Origin: Octopus vulgaris
Taxonomy: Eukaryota
Assembly (NCBI GenBank): GCA_951406725.2
Contig: OX597820.1
Span: 34,224,001 to 34,288,000 of the forward strand
Length of the DNA: 64,000 nt
Reading direction: 5' to 3'
The stretch's first letter is position 1; every line of letters starts with the position of its first letter. The position numbers and the translations under genes are program-made. Below are positions 63,290 through 64,000 of this stretch, piece after piece. The notes under the pieces were generated by a model. It saw nothing but the letters and a program-made list of their open reading frames with translations. It had not been told where the DNA came from and did no database searches.

Positions 63290-63915
63290 ACCACCACCAC
63301 CAATCACCTCATTCGTTGCCACTGCCACCACCACTGTCACCGCCAGCACCACCACCTCCACCTTTGACACCATCACTACTATCACTACCATTACCACCAC
63401 CAACCACCTCCTCCATCACTGCTATCGCTGCTGTCAACACTATTGCCGCCACCATTGCCACCACCACCACCACTACCATTATCGCTGCCATCACCACCAT
63501 CATCACCATTACAAAAACCACCACTACCACCACCACCACCACCATCACCATCACAACTGTCACCAGCATTACCACCATTGCCACTACCACCTCCTCCATC
63601 ACCACTATCGACACCATTGCCACCACCACCACCACCACCACTACCATTATCGCTGCCATCACCACCATCATCACCATCACAAAAACCACCACTACCACCA
63701 CCACCACCATCACCATCACAACTGTCACCAGCATTACCACCATTGCCACTACCACCTCCTCCACCACCACTATCGCCACCACCATCACTATTGCTGCCGT
63801 CCACCATCATCACCATTACAAAAACCACCACATGGCTCTCATTACCACCGCCAACACCACCACCACCATCATCCCCACCACAGCTGCTACCACTGTCACT
63901 GTTGCCACCATTATC
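63290..63915. repeat. (ACC/ATC)n low-complexity tract with an internal ~125-bp duplication
   Basis: Source of the poly-T/H/P/V/G pseudo-ORFs. Similar (GGT)n tracts at 27788-27945 and 62830-63085. Confidence 0.9.
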
Positions 63916-64000
63916 CAATCGTAGGAACTCCCCTTCCTCTCCCGTCACCACTCCTATGCTAACCTGATTAACACTACCTGCCTGCCTACCAACCCCTTTT

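Noticed and set aside
63109-63967. Mucin-like poly-Thr, His-rich, Pro-rich and Gly-rich ORFs
   Set aside because: An (ACC)n low-complexity tract open in nearly all six frames, with no splice or domain support. The same applies to 27606-28220 and 46262-46777.

Overview
Eukaryotic, AT-rich, repeat-dense animal DNA. The SINE families and (CA)n/(TA)n/(ATC)n microsatellite load resemble a coleoid cephalopod (Octopus-like) genome; this assignment is an inference. The only host gene I can support is cytoplasmic arginyl-tRNA synthetase (RARS1) on the + strand. Nine GT-AG exons between 3493 and 23058 splice in frame (1319 nt, about 439 codons). They cover the N-terminal leucine-zipper extension, the HIGH motif (HVGH) and most of the catalytic domain. 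I could not find exon 1, the KFKTR (KMSKS-equivalent) exon or the anticodon-binding exons; the last 41 kb contain no recognisable exon. The rest is transposon-derived or simple repeat: tRNA-derived SINEs, four mariner deletion derivatives, pogo-, hAT- and piggyBac-type MITEs, tandem non-autonomous Helitrons, Helentron-associated elements, RTE, L1/Tx1 and R4/Dong-type LINE remnants, a Gypsy integrase fragment and minisatellites. The most unusual signal is a set of minimal type I hammerhead ribozyme motifs (Penelope/retrozyme type) in sequence-unrelated short non-coding elements. One lies in a 360-bp terminally redundant unit, one is fused behind a tRNA-derived head, and several sit in (TA)n tracts or in inverted arrangements. 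Almost all long ORFs in the supplied track are microsatellite artefacts.
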